Of a stretch of 64,000 bases of DNA, positions 35,801 to 47,468 are shown in pieces. Location of the stretch: NCBI RefSeq assembly GCF_030144855.1, contig NC_082730.1:15438001-15502000 (forward strand), written 5' to 3'. The notes under the pieces were generated by a model. The model was given only the letters and a program-made list of their open reading frames with translations. It had not been told where the DNA came from and did not search any database. Positions within the stretch are counted from its first letter, which is position 1, and the number at the start of each line of letters is the position of its first letter. Origin of the DNA: Hypanus sabinus (lineage: Eukaryota). A program made the translations under genes and the position numbers.

Positions 35801-38800
35801 CTTGGATCACCTCAACACTTGCACTACAATGAAGTCAAGAGCAACACATACAAAATACAGGAGGAAATCAGCATCTCTGTCAGAATCTATGGAAATGAAT
35901 ACATAGTCGAGGCACTTCTGTTACCTCTTCCTACCTTCCTGTTATTTCCCCTGGGTTCCCACCTTCTATTTCTCCTATGGTCCACTATCGTCCTCTATCA
36001 CATTCCTTTCCACCACCACGCCCACCCACCTGGCTTCACTGATCACTTTCCAGATATCGTCCTTAACCTCCCCCATCATTTGGTTCAGACAACTTCCCAC
36101 CTCCTTCTCAATCCTGCAGAAGGGTCTTGGCCTGAATTGTCGACTATCTATTCATCTCCACTCATGCTGCCTGACCTGCTGATTTCTCAGCAACATTTCA
36201 TGTGTATTGCTTTGGATTTCCTGTGTCTGCAGATTTTCCTGAGTTTACAATGAAATTAACTTTGAACAATTAACTTTGTTCAGTTAAAACTCAAGATGGC
36301 ACTAGCAAGTGGCGACTCTGTCTGTAGCTCCAGCGGTAATTATCAAATTTTGAAATTGAAGTGCAATTTTGAAATTGATTGGCTGTGATTCCATAAGCTG
36401 TCCATGCTGACTACCATGTCTTCCTGAGCTTCTCCCATGTCCCTACATTTGGCCCATATCCTTCTGAAACCTTCCTATATATGAACTCCTCCAAATGTAT
36501 TCCAAATTTTTGACATGTACACGCACCGAGCACTTCCTCTGGCAGCCTTTTCCACGTACACACTGCTCTGTGTGAATATACTGCCTCTCCAGGCCCTGTA
36601 AGAGTTTCCTCTCTCATCTTAAGCCGATGCTCTCTAGTTTTCGATGACCCTACCCTGGGTCAAAGACTGTGATTATCCACCATTTCTTTGCCCACAAAAC
36701 AAAGTAATACAATGTAATCCACATAAGACCACACACAACATAGACAGACAAACATTCAAGGTGCGAAAGAGGATGAACTGTGCAAATAATAAAAATAGGT
36801 AAACAAATAATACATAGAACGTGAGTCGCCGAGTCCCTGAAAATGAGCCCACAGCTGCGGACTTGGTTCAGTGCTGAGGCGAGTGAGACCAGCCCAGGAA
36901 CCCGATAGCTGCAGGGCGCCAAAAGCTGATGGACCCTGTGACATGGTCCCCAAGACTCCTGAAACTTCCGCCTGATCACAGTACCAAGAAAAGAGGGAGA
37001 CGGGTCAAATGTAGGCAGTCGGGACGGACTCATTTGGGGGGATTTTACTGGCACAGAGCAATGGGGCTGAACACCGGTTTATTTTTGACATTCCTCTTGT
37101 AAACTTAGATGACTCTTTCCACAGTCCACCACACTACAGTGTCACCCATAACTTATTCATCATGCTACCTTCATTTTCATTCCTAATTATTACCAAATGG
37201 ATTGAAACATCTAGTCCTATGAGCTTGAGCTATAAATCTGATTCATCAGCGACTGCTAAGAAAGAGCAGCTGACAACCAGGGAAAGTCCTGGTGACATCT
37301 TGGAAAGACAGATGACAGGAGGGAAAGACCCCATTGGGGTTGCCATGGGCTAGCTACCCACGGCAGCAGACTCCTCTTGCCTAAGTAGCATATAGGGGTC
37401 AACCATTGATGGCCATAAGAACTACAGAAAGAAAGATGTCCCCAGAATCAGTGAGAGTGGAGCCACAGGATGACTCAATGATGGGTATTCCAGTAACAGA
37501 ACATGGCATGACTTCGACAGTGAGAAACAGGCGGTATAGTACTCAAGTCAATGACATCAGCAGGAAGCACAGTCCAGAGTTACATCTGCAGCTGATCTAA
37601 AATATCACCAGCTAAGGGCTTGAAGATACACCAGGGCAGGATGAAGTGTTTGTAAGAGACAAGACTGGGACCTTGCATCAACCAATATTTCTTGAGGGAA
37701 AGGACAAATAAGTCAAATGAAGTTCAGTGGCAGGATGGAACACAAAGTCCGCAGAGGACCAGTAACCCAGACGTGGTCTCAGTAAAGTATATCAGCACTG
37801 AAGACCACTGCTCATAGGAAAGACCGGACAAGCCAGCAGAAAGAAGTTGCGGGTGAAATGGCAGATGACCTGCAACAAGAAGAGTGGGCAATGTTCGATG
37901 AGGATCTATGCAGACTCCTCAGTGATCTAAAGGGCACAGTTGAGAAGAGAATCGTGAGGATGGCTGACCTCATATACAGCCACGGAGCAGAATGATTTGG
38001 AGTGAGGGAAATATATAAGACAAAGCTGCCAGCACAGCCCAAATCAAGACGACAATAGGAGGGCTCATTAATGAGAGATAGCAACTGAAGAAACAGTGAA
38101 GAAAACCAACCATGGAGGAAAGAGAAGGAATTAACATCCTGCAGGTAGAACTAAAGGCATGACTGTCAACTCTAAGGAGGCAGAAAACCTCAGGCTTCAA
38201 AGAAAGAACACATGATTATGTAAGGACACCTGTGAGTTCACAATTTTACAAAGCAGAAGAATGACAAAGGAAGAATTGGAAGAGCTTCTGAAGCCATCTG
38301 ATATACTCAGATAGCCGGAGAGCTGAGTACGTCTCAATGCCATCAGATATGCCACCCATCTGCCCTCCACATCAGCAGTTTGACATCAGTCCCCCCAGAA
38401 AGAGTGAGATAATAAAAGTAGTAAACTGGGCAAGGGCTGCTTCAGTGCCCAGGCCAAATGGTGTTATGTACAAACTCTACAAAGATGCACTGAGTCCTGA
38501 AACTCTTATGGAAACAGATGAAGATGGTCTGGAAGAATCAACATTCTTAGAACATGGCAACGGACAGGAGGAATTCTAATTCCTAAAGAGAAAGGCTCCT
38601 CAGAAATTGGACAGTATTGGCAAGTAAGTCTATTGAATGTTGAAGGGAAAATGTTTTTCACTGTCCTAGCACAAAGGTTGTCTACTTACCTGGAGAAAAA
38701 AAAAATCATCAACACGCAAGTGCAGAAGGCAGGGTTGTCCCGGCTGCTTGGAACACACAAGTATAATTTGGCATTAATTACACATTGCTGAAAAGGAAAG

Positions 38801-41800
38801 AAGAGACCTCCATGTCTGGTTCTTGGACCTAGCCAATGCCTTTGGGTAGATAGACACAATGGCAGGTTGCATCATTTTTCCACTGGCCTGTACCATGGCA
38901 CTGGAAGCAATGATTAGAACTTCTAAATGGATAGTAGGAGGAGAACAACTGAAGTCAGGACTATGCCTACCACCAATCCAGGCACTTATGGATGATTTAA
39001 CCATCCTGACAACGACCATTCCATGTACCAAATGGTTGCTTGGAAAGCTCCATTCAAACATCAAGTGGGCCCAAATGATGATTAAAAGAAAGAAGCCTCG
39101 GTGCATTTCTATAGCTAAGGGAAGGCTGGTTGACTACATGTTCCAGGTGGTTGGGAAAGTAATCCCTCCTGTGTCAGAAATGCTAGTTAAAAGTTTGGGG
39201 CATTGGTACAATGTAAACCTCAGTGATACATATCAAGTGAAACTGCTGAAAAAAGAAATCATCAAAGGGCTTAAAGCCATCGATAAGACCTTGCGGCCAG
39301 GAAACTTCAGGCTCTGGTGCCTTCAGTTCGGATTGCTCCCTCGGGTGTTGTGGCCACTGACTCTGTATGAAGCCCCGTCACTCGTGTTGAAAAGATGGAG
39401 AGGACAGTTAGTTCCTTCAGTAAGAAGTGGATGGGCCTGCCAAGATCACCAAGTAACAGCTGCCTGTATGGCAAAGGTACTCTGGAGTTGCCTTTCACAG
39501 GGATGACTAATTTAATAGTTGTTTTTTAATCCATGCTTATACACTTCAAATACCATGAAGACTAATAAATGCTTCAAAGATAAATTATTCTTTAGGAAAC
39601 CATTTTGACTTCATTTGCTTAGATTTAATTGCTCTAATTAACTAGATATTAATTCCTTCATTACAGACTCCAGCATTTTGCCAAGAATGCATGTTATGAT
39701 GCTGGGAATCTGACACTCATTTTTTGTCTTCCTACCTTAGAATCATGGAGTTATACAGCATCGAGGGAGGCCTTTTGACCATCTTGCCCATCAAATTATC
39801 TATCTGAGTTAGTCCTGTTGCTCTACATTGGTTTCTATGTACAGAAACCTTCCCTGTCGATGCATCTATACAAATGTCTTTTTAATGTTATGCTCTATTG
39901 CAACAGGTAGTTTGGTCCATAAACCACCCTCTGTGAAAAAGTTGTCTTTCAGATTCCTTTTAAATCTTTTCCCTTTTACTTTAAACCTCTGCTTCCATAT
40001 ACTGGGAAAAATGTCTGACCATTCCCACCTTATGTATGCCATTTATAAATGTATAAATCTCTGTAAGGTTACCCCTCAGCCTTGTACACTCAAAGGAAAA
40101 ACTCCCTGGCCTATCTGGGGCTCTCTTTATACATCAAAGCTCTCCAGTATCTGTAACATTCTTGCCAATTTTTTCTGTATCTTTTGCAGCTTCACTACAC
40201 CCTATGCACACCAGGTCCCAGAACTACACACACTATACCAATTGCAGTCACACTGGTCTTTTGTAAAATGAAAAGTGACGTCATGACTCCTGAAGTCATT
40301 GCCTTGATGGATAAACGTAAGCAAGTCAAGCAGCTTCTTCACCACCCAGTCTCTGTGTCTTCACTTCCAGGGAATTATGCATTTGTACTACCAGGTCCCT
40401 GTGTTGTACAACATTTTCACAGAGGAACCAGTCATCACATGCAAAACTGGATTAGTGATAGGAATCAGAAAGTCGTGCTGGAGGGTTGTTTTTCATCCTG
40501 GAGGCCTGTGAGCAGTGGTGTGCTCCAGTGATCACTGCTGGGGCCACTGTTGCTCGTTATCTATGTTAGCAATTTGGATAAGAATGTAACAGGCAGGTTA
40601 GTAATTAGTCGGTGAAATTAAAATTATGAGGAATCTTATCTAATAATAGAATAGCATTTTTCAACAGGAAAAATAGGCTGGGAAATGGATGGGGAATTTA
40701 ACCTGGACAACAGTGAAGCATTACTTTTCAGAACTTAAGCAAGGGCAGAGTTACACAGTAAATGGCAGGAACTGCAGAGTGTTGTAAAAAAAACAATGAG
40801 ATCGAAGTGCCAAAAGTACAAAGCTCTTCAAAAGTGGTGACAGAATTAAACATGGTGGTGAAAAAGTCATTTGGCACACTATCCTTAGTTGTTTAGAGGA
40901 TAGAGAAAGATAGTTAGCACATCATATTACAGCTGTACAAGCTACAATTGGAGAATTTTGTGCAGATCTGGTCTCCAAGCAGTAGGAAGCTTGAGCTGGT
41001 AAGATTACAAAAAGGTGTTACCAGGACTGTAAGTGTTCAGTTAGTAGGAGAGGCTGGATAGGCTGATTTGTTTTCCATGGATGGTAGGATGCTGAGGGTT
41101 TGAGCTTATTGAGGTATAGAAATTCACAAGGTGGAGTTGATCATGTGAATAGTCACTGTATTATTTTCTATAGTGGCAGAGATATGCCTTTTTAGTCTAA
41201 AGGTAGAGGAAGAGAAGAGAAGGATATAACAAGAGCCTAAGGAGAATGTTTTTCACACAGAGGGTGGCATGTATATAGAATGAGCTGCTAGAGGAGGTGA
41301 TAGAAGTGGGTACAGCAAAAATGATTAAGACTTCTACACCAGCACAGGTATTGAAAAGGAATATGGAGAAAATGCAAGTGGGTGGGACTAGTTCAGGCTG
41401 GTCAGTGTGACTGAGTTGAGCTGATGGACCTATTCCCATACAGTATAAATCTCTGATGTACAACAACGTTTGTCTGCCCACTATTAGAACAGGAACAGAC
41501 AGAAGAGATTCGACAGATGCTGGACAACAAGACCAACATTTCCAAAATGGTGGAGGAAATCAGTAGGTCAGGAAGTGTCTATGGAAAGGAATAAACAGTC
41601 AATATCTCAGGTTGAGACTCCTCATCAGAAAAGGTCTCAGCTTGAAATGCCAACTATTTATTCATTTCTCCTGATAGTGCCTGACCTACTGAGTTCCTCC
41701 AGCATTTTGTGGTAAACCAGTTGTCTTGTCATTGAGAACAGAAGCAAGATGCTGTTGTGTCAAGAAGTGTACTTGGTCCAATATCTCAGCATACACTCAG

Positions 41801-43913
41801 TACAGAGCTGGGTTTATTCCTCTCATGGTTGCTGCAATCCCAACAACAGATGTCCCAGAGCTGGCAGATGCCAGTGGTCTGGCTGGACTTTCATTTCTGT
41901 TTGTATGGGATTAAATAGGGTTTGCAATCCCACTAGATCAAGTCCCATATCTTCCTCAGCGATGTCTGAGTACAGATATACACATAAATAAAAATTACTC
42001 ACCTCCATGTAACCAATCAGCCCTTTACTTGAGGCACAATTTTGCACCTGTGAATCCTGTACTCCTGCACTTGAAAAACATGTGAGACTGAATTTTCTTT
42101 TCTTTCCTCAACAGGATGTGAATATTCATGTGAAACATTTACAACAGTATCAACTGCAAGGTAAACCACTTGATCCAGTTTTGCTGAAAGGTACAATGTT
42201 CTCATTGCTGATGCTATGATTGGCCCATTCTGATATTATGCTTTCTCTTCCCTGAGATCAAGTATTTTGAGTCCTCTCTCTTCTTCTTGCACACTTTATC
42301 TCCCAAATCTCTATGCAGAACCTTTCAATATCTGTTTATCTCTGATGCATTAATTTCTTTTATGCCTACATGATTTTTTTCATCATGATCAAGTGCATTT
42401 GATTGTTCTCACTTTTTGCTTTTCATGCATGTTCTGGTTGGTTTTTCCTGCAGTTGTTTCAATTTGCAAAGTTTCTTGTTGGCTTTTAGATGTGTTTTGG
42501 AATTGTTGAACATAATTCCTCCAACCCCACAGAAACACTAGTCCAGAGAACAATGAATGTTTTCCTGATCACCAAAGATGATCTTTCTCATTTCTATATT
42601 CATTCATTTGTTATGTGGTGTGTTGTATGATATGGGTGATCATGGTCTTTCCATCTTCATGATTGTTCTTGGCAAATTTATTGACAGAGGTGGCTGGCCA
42701 TTGACAAATTCTGGGCAGTGCCTTAGGTGACCCCAGCCATTATCAATAATCTTCAGAAATTGCTTGCCTGACATCTGTGGTCACATAAACAGCTGCTCAT
42801 ATGACCATTCACCATCTGCTCCCATGGCTTCACGTGATCCACACTTGGGATCTAAGCAGATACTACACCTTACCCAAAGGTGACCTGCAGACTAGCAGAG
42901 GGAAGGAAAGCTTTACAGCTCCTTTGGTTGAGACTTATCTCCTCTCCACCACCTTATATCAATCATTCTAATTTGTCTGCATATCATGTCCCTTCTCCCT
43001 TTCACCATGAGTCATGCATCATTTATTATCTTTCACCTCTATCCACGTAGACTCTATCACTGCCTTCCTTACGGCAGTGTCCACTTCTTTCAATATTTTT
43101 CTCTATCATCGTAGCACCTCTGCACTTCACTATTTCCTACTCTTCCTTTCCGAAATTTGTTTTCTCTTAGCAATTTCTGATTCACAATCCTCATTTTTCT
43201 GCAGCCATGTCCCAGTAATTAGGTCTGTAATTGATATTCAGAAGATTTTTTCTCTCTCAATCAAAACTAGTTTAATCACCTGATTGAACTCCTGTGGCTC
43301 AGCTGCTTTATTTCACTCCACTCCACTGAGATTACAGTTGAAACAGAAGGCAAATGTTTCAAACACAAAGCCACCTCATTTCCTCGCACCGATTCTATAT
43401 CTCTTCCCCTTTGCTCAGTTTCATGATGTGGAAGGTGGGTCGTTGGCTGCTCTTCGCTCTCCTGATGATCAGCACGATTTCAGTCATGTGGTTCACAAGA
43501 GAAACTAAGGTAGGCTTATGGACATCAGTGGAATCGCCTTCAAATATACTGATCATTTGAAGGAAATCATTTAAATAGACAAATCTTTCTTACCATATGG
43601 TCAAACCAAGCTTAACTCAAATAATATGGCTCAGCTTTGATATGGTACCTTGTGTGTAAAACGCTTGATGTGAATGTATGACATGCTTGCTTCAGACAGA
43701 ACTTCATTGTGAGTGACTGTGTGGACTAAAGCAGAGATCCCATTGTCGAAGAATCTGATGGGTTCACCATTGCCTTTTGCAGAGACATGATGAATCTGAT
43801 CCTCACAGCCTGGTGCTCCAGGAGGTAAAGTGAAGTCTCCCAAATTACTCTGACTGTGCTGGAATTTTGCATCAAGATTAAATATTTGTGTTTCCCCACA
43901 CTTTGTGCAGTGA
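14831..43913 (+). CDS. Complete multi-exon Ig-superfamily receptor (CD300/pIgR/CMRF35-like V plus C2 domains), predicted up to 715 aa: L-VA-C2-VB-VA-C2-VB-stalk-TM-tail
   Basis: join(14831-14870,18342-18662,19461-19781,21284-21604,30881-31201,31983-32303,34547-34867,42115-42160,43419-43509,43783-43824,43911-43913) = 2148 nt, open, all GT-AG. Exon inclusion is predicted, not observed. Confidence 0.7.
15115..16790 (-). mobile_element. Penelope-like retroelement fragment (RT and GIY-YIG)
   Basis: MGT..GPS.ACLFVGY, LC(Y)MDD-like, LKFTWSIS, STDVYYKPT, and LYISET...DRFTEH; 3' terminal repeat with a hammerhead-like motif near 15200-15245. Confidence 0.85.
17115..17287. other. Assembly gap (173 N)
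   Basis: Run of N in the first intron of the central gene. Confidence 1.
17315..17856 (+). mobile_element. Possible solitary LTR-like insertion
   Basis: Absent from paralogous introns (about 30560, 58970); CCAAT, TTTAAAA, ATTAAA in LTR-like order, ends ccatcacaac; no clean TG start or TSD seen. Confidence 0.4.
17870..18042 (+). mobile_element. CR1 extreme 3' end
   Basis: Closely matches 62170-62342 including the ttctatgtttcta tail. Confidence 0.85.
18342..18662 (+). CDS. Ig V-set exon VA1 (CD300/pIgR-like)
   Basis: cctccctcag acceptor, gtaggt donor; IDC, KYWC-x6-C, GRVSITD, FTVTM, DTGWYSC. Confidence 0.95.
19461..19781 (+). CDS. Ig C2-type exon C2-1
   Basis: tttcccacag acceptor, gtaagt donor; VSVSC...GSLPIQYSWY...YYCNASN; tail GEICSYVTEINGT. 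Confidence 0.93.
20410..20690 (+). repeat. Penelope-derived short repeat with minimal hammerhead-ribozyme-like motif (20589-20624)
   Basis: AGTC-CTGACGA-AGGttctcagCCT-GAAAC-ATT-GACT; absent at the corresponding place in the other units. Confidence 0.7.
21284..21604 (+). CDS. Ig V-set exon VB1 (second V subtype)
   Basis: Open 321-nt exon; IDC, KYLC-x6-C, GRMTIRD, DTGLYRC; AG and GT intact. Confidence 0.9.
21883..22075 (+). mobile_element. Solo LTR related to the Gypsy at 24688-27290
   Basis: TGTGG...CATCA, 5-bp TSD GCTAC (21878-82 and 22076-80), TATAAA near 21958, AATAAA 22023-28; empty site at about 35140. Confidence 0.93.
24668..27315 (+). pseudogene. Disrupted leader exon of unit B (24668-24687 plus 27296-27315)
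   Basis: Removing the Gypsy and one TSD restores a 40-nt L2-type exon ATG CTG TGG ACA TTG ATT CTT CTG ACT GGT TTC TGA; in-frame stop at 27309-27311; donor gtgagt retained. Confidence 0.92.
24688..27290 (-). mobile_element. Internally deleted Gypsy/Ty3 LTR retrotransposon
   Basis: LTRs 24688-24899 and 27077-27290 (6 substitutions and a 2-nt indel), TSD ATTCT, polypurine tract beside 24900; frameshifted gag from 27050 with two CCHC knuckles, protease LFDTGS, RT start (SPWRAQVV) joined near 25447 to the integrase C-terminus. Confidence 0.96.
28088..30245 (-). mobile_element. CR1 LINE, 2.2-kb 5'-truncated copy
   Basis: KSPGPVGMHP, NYRPISLTS, YLDFQKAFDKVPH, QGSVLGP, FADDTK; (ataagacc) tail; absent from the paralogous intron near 58755. 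Confidence 0.95.
30881..31201 (+). CDS. Ig V-set exon VA2
   Basis: Open 321-nt exon, same motifs and splice sites as VA1; extra Cys at 30967-69. Confidence 0.93.
31983..32303 (+). CDS. Ig C2-type exon C2-2
   Basis: Open 321-nt exon, cccacag and gtaagt sites. Confidence 0.93.
32760..32820 (+). pseudogene. Relic 3' end of an additional C2 exon
   Basis: gtaaaagtgaccatcttcaacaatggagatgtgactgaaatcaattccacca|gtaagt (VKVTIFNNGD-VTEINST) matches C2 exon ends with a short deletion; no acceptor or upstream exon body. Confidence 0.75.
34547..34867 (+). CDS. Ig V-set exon VB2
   Basis: Open 321-nt exon; 14 nt differences from VB1. Confidence 0.9.
37215..39500 (+). mobile_element. HERO/NeSL-like (R2 group) non-LTR retrotransposon, decayed and 3'-truncated
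   Basis: EWAMFDEDL, SLLNVEGK, GCLEH, FLDLANAFG, MAGCIIFPLACTMALE, ALMDDLT, WCLQFGLLPRVLWPL. Family assignment is from recalled motif similarity. Confidence 0.75.
42115..42160 (+). CDS. Stalk exon (x)CEYSCETFTTVSTA(S)
   Basis: Strong acceptor ttttctttcctcaacag, donor gtaaac; phase 1 in and phase 2 out, matching the TM exon. Confidence 0.8.
43419..43509 (+). CDS. Transmembrane exon FMMWKVGRWLLFALLMISTISVMWFTRETK
   Basis: cccctttgctcag acceptor, AAG|gtaggc donor; hydrophobic segment with K and R at its outer end. Confidence 0.88.
43783..43913 (+). CDS. Cytoplasmic exon RHDESDPHSLVLQE (43783-43824) and stop (43911-43913)
   Basis: ttttgcag acceptor, GAG|gtaaag donor; paralogous to positions 1-105. 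Confidence 0.8.
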
Positions 43914-44600
43914 GAATTAAACTGTTGACTGCATGAAGATTAAAAAAAAAACAAGACAATGTAGTCATCCTTCAAGACAGCGATTTTAATTTTTGAATCC
44001 CTTCTTCGATATGTTACCTTCATTGGTATCAATATTACAGCAGTTTTCCCAATGTTTCCTTCATCATGTCATCAAATATTTTAACTCATGTACACCTGTG
44101 AATTGATTAATACTCTTTTACACTGTTAAACTTTGTTCTATGGATTCAAATGTCTGCAAATGTTGTTAATTCTAATAACCAATGAATGATAATCAATTTA
44201 GATGCCTCTTCATAAACTGATGTTATCAATAAGTGGATTTGTTTTCAACTGAAATGCATTCATGGGAAATAGATCACATCAGTCTCCTAGACTTCCCTTT
44301 GTTGTCAACATTTGTGAATCTTCAGTAAAGTGAAACAGTTAATCACTCATTCTGACATTCCATCAGAACAAATTTATGAAGTATTAGCTTGACTTTGATC
44401 TCTTCAGAAGCTGTCTGACCTACTGAGTATTTCTATTATTCACCGATTTCATTTCAGATAGGCATGTATTCATAGTTCATAGTCATTGTCAATCAACCAG
44501 ACATGAATACACATAAATACAGGCTAACGTTACTCTGGGGCCAAGGTGCAAAACAGAATACCAACAGTCACACACGGCACAAAGCATATATAATACAAAT

Positions 44601-47468
44601 ATTAGAAACTCCTATTACAGATGCAGAAATTAAAGGGGTTATTTTCTCTATGAATTCTGGGAAAGCACCAGGTCCAGATGGGTATTCAGTAGAATTTTTT
44701 AAATGTTTTTCCTCTACTTTTTCTCCTTGGTTATGCAGGGTTTTTGAAGAAGCAATTAGATTGGGTAATCTGCCACAATCTTTTTATAGAGCTTCCATTT
44801 CTTTAATATTGAAGAAAGATAAAGACCCTACTGACTGTGCATCCTATAGACCAATATACTTATTGAATGTAGATTCCAAGATCTTTTCCAAGTTACTGGC
44901 ATCCAGGTTGGAGAAGGTATTCCCTCGTTATCTCGGAAGATCAAACTGGTTTTATTAAAAATAGCTATTCTTTTTTCAATGTTAGGAGATTATTGAATAT
45001 TGTTTATACTCCTTCACATAGCACTTCAGAATGTGTCATTTCATTAGATGCGGAGAAAGCATTTGATTGAGTTGAATGGCCATACTTATTTACTGTGCTT
45101 GAGAAGTTTAATTTTAGTCCGACATTCATTTCCTGGATTAAACTGATATATCATACTCCAGTAGCCTCGGTTTTTACTAACAATCAAAGATCTCCCTTTT
45201 TTTGTTTATTTTGGGGTACTAGACAAGGCTCTTAGTCCATTATTATTTGATATTGCTTTAGAACTCTTGGCAATTGCTATCAGAGAATCACCGAACATTT
45301 TTGGCATTACTCGTGGGACGGATATACTTAAGCTACCATTATATGCAGATGAATTATTATTATTTATTTCTGATCCTGAGAAATCCATTCCTGCAGTTAT
45401 ATCATTGTTGGCTCAATTTAGTAATTTTTCCGGGTATAAATTAAATCTTAATAAGAGTGAATTGTTTCCTTTAAATAGACAGGTTCCAATTTATGGAAAT
45501 TTTCCTTTTAAATTAGTTAATGACTCTTTTATTTACAGGGATTAAAATCACAAAAAATTATAAGGACTTATTTAAGGTTAATTTTTTACCCCTAATCGAT
45601 CAGATTAAATGTTTGTTTACTAAATGGTCACCATTATCTTTATCTCTGATAGGTCGGATTAATGCTATTAAGATGATAATTTAACCCAAGTTTTTATATA
45701 TATTTCAAACGGTACCAATTTTTATTCCGAAATCTTTTTTTTGCTAATGTTGATTCAAAGATTTCCTCATATATATGGCAGATTAAAAATCCTAGATTAG
45801 GTAACAAATATTTACAGAAGGCAAGGAAGGAAGGTGGTTTGGCATTGCCTAATTTTAGATTTTATTATTGGGCAGTCAATATCCGATATTTGATATGTTG
45901 GTTAAAGGATGGGGATTTATCTTTTAGCCCTCATTGGGTGAACATGGAAATTAAATCTGTACAAGGATTTTCACTGGGTTCTATTTTAGGGTCTTCTCTT
46001 CCCTTTTCTCTTTCTAAATTGCAGAAATGAATTGACAATCCAATAGTTAAACATACTTTATGTATCTGGTTTCAATTTTGGAAACTTTTTGGGTTGACTC
46101 AGTTTGTTTTAAATATTCCTATTGTATCCAATTGCTTTTTTTATCCTTCTATTATAGACCAAGCTTATTCAGCTTGGAAGACTAAAGGATTACTATGATT
46201 TTCTGATTTATTTTTGGATAATTGTTTTGTCTTTTGAACAATTATTTAATAAATGTAATTTGCCTAGATTTCATTTTTTTAGTTACTTACAGATTAGGAA
46301 TTTCTTAAATACTGTACTTCCTACCTTTCCAAATCTTGTGTCTTCGGGTATTTTGGAGAATTTGTTTGAACTAAATCCTTCTCAGAAAGGGGTAATATCA
46401 AAACTCTACAATATAATTATGAAGATACGTTCAGAGCCCTTCTATAAGATTAAAAGTGATTGGGAAAGAGAACTTAACCTTACTATTCCTATTGGAAATT
46501 GGGATAAAATTCTTCAATTAGTTAATTCATCATCTATATGTGCTAAACATCCATTAATACATTTTAAAGTTGTGCATAGGGCTCATATGTCCAAGGATAA
46601 ATTGGCTCATTTTTATTCCTATACAAGTCCTATTTGTGACAGATGTCATTCTGAGATAGCGTCTTTAACTCATATGTTTTGGTCTTGCCCGCTTTTGAAA
46701 AAATATTGGAAAGACATCTTTGATATTATTTTCATGGTATTGAACATTGATTTACAACCTCATCCTATTACTGCAATTTTTGGTTTACCAATGATGGATT
46801 CAGTCCATTTATCCTCTTCTGCTTGTCGAATGATTGCATTTCTTACATTAATGGCTAGAAGATCTATTTTGTTGAATTGGAAAGAAATTAATCCTCCTAC
46901 CATATTTCATTGGCTTTCTCAAATTATGTTATGTCTAAATTTAGAAAAAATTAGAAGTGTTGTATTTGACCTTTCTATTAAATTTGAAAAGATATGGAGA
47001 TTCAATATTTTCCTAAGATGTAATGTGACCCTGTTCCAAGCCTATTTGTTTTTCCAGTTTTGATTTTACATATGTTGAGAGGATCAGAGTTGACGACACT
47101 GATGATTTTGTATTTTTGTTAGATATTATAAACAGCCCTTTTTTCATTATTTTTTTCTTTTTTTTTCTTTTTTTTTCCTTATTAGTAGTTAGGTTGTTAG
47201 ATTAGTTTTTCTAGCATAATTTTTTTTTCTTTTTCTCTTTTCTGTTTTTTTAAATATATATTATGATATACCTAGTTTTGCTTTGTTTATATGTTACTTG
47301 TATCGTCCATGGTTTGGGAAGACTCATTTATATTGTAACTGTTACTTATGTTTCCTTTCATGTTAAGTTTAAATTTATATGTTTGTAATCCCATTATCTA
47401 TGTATTAATCTTATTATGTTGATATTAATAATAATAATAATAAAATGATTGGAAAAAGAAAAATAAAA
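44601..47468 (+). mobile_element. L1 LINE, 5'-truncated, ORF2 broken by frameshifts and stops
   Basis: GKAPGPDG, SYRPI.LLNVDSKI, LYADELLL, LPNFRFYYWA, CDRC..EIASLTHMFWSC zinc knuckle; T-rich 3' UTR and A-rich tail; 34-bp flanking duplication. Confidence 0.95.

Noticed and set aside
39667-39713. Possible alternative terminal exon (ttcattacag|..SSILPRMHVMMLGI*) for a soluble form
   Set aside because: Only an acceptor-like site; no paralogous copy in the window and no clear poly(A) signal before the next repeat.
41937-42008. Possible extra stalk exon DQVPYLPQRC..
   Set aside because: Weak acceptor, and joining its apparent donor to 42115 creates TGA.
43419-43913. ITIM or ITAM in the cytoplasmic tail
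   Set aside because: The predicted tail contains no tyrosine.
44503-44600. N-terminal part of ORF 44503-44958 as a novel L1 fusion protein
   Set aside because: It is flanking repeat DNA in frame by chance; the ORF stops after 151 codons.
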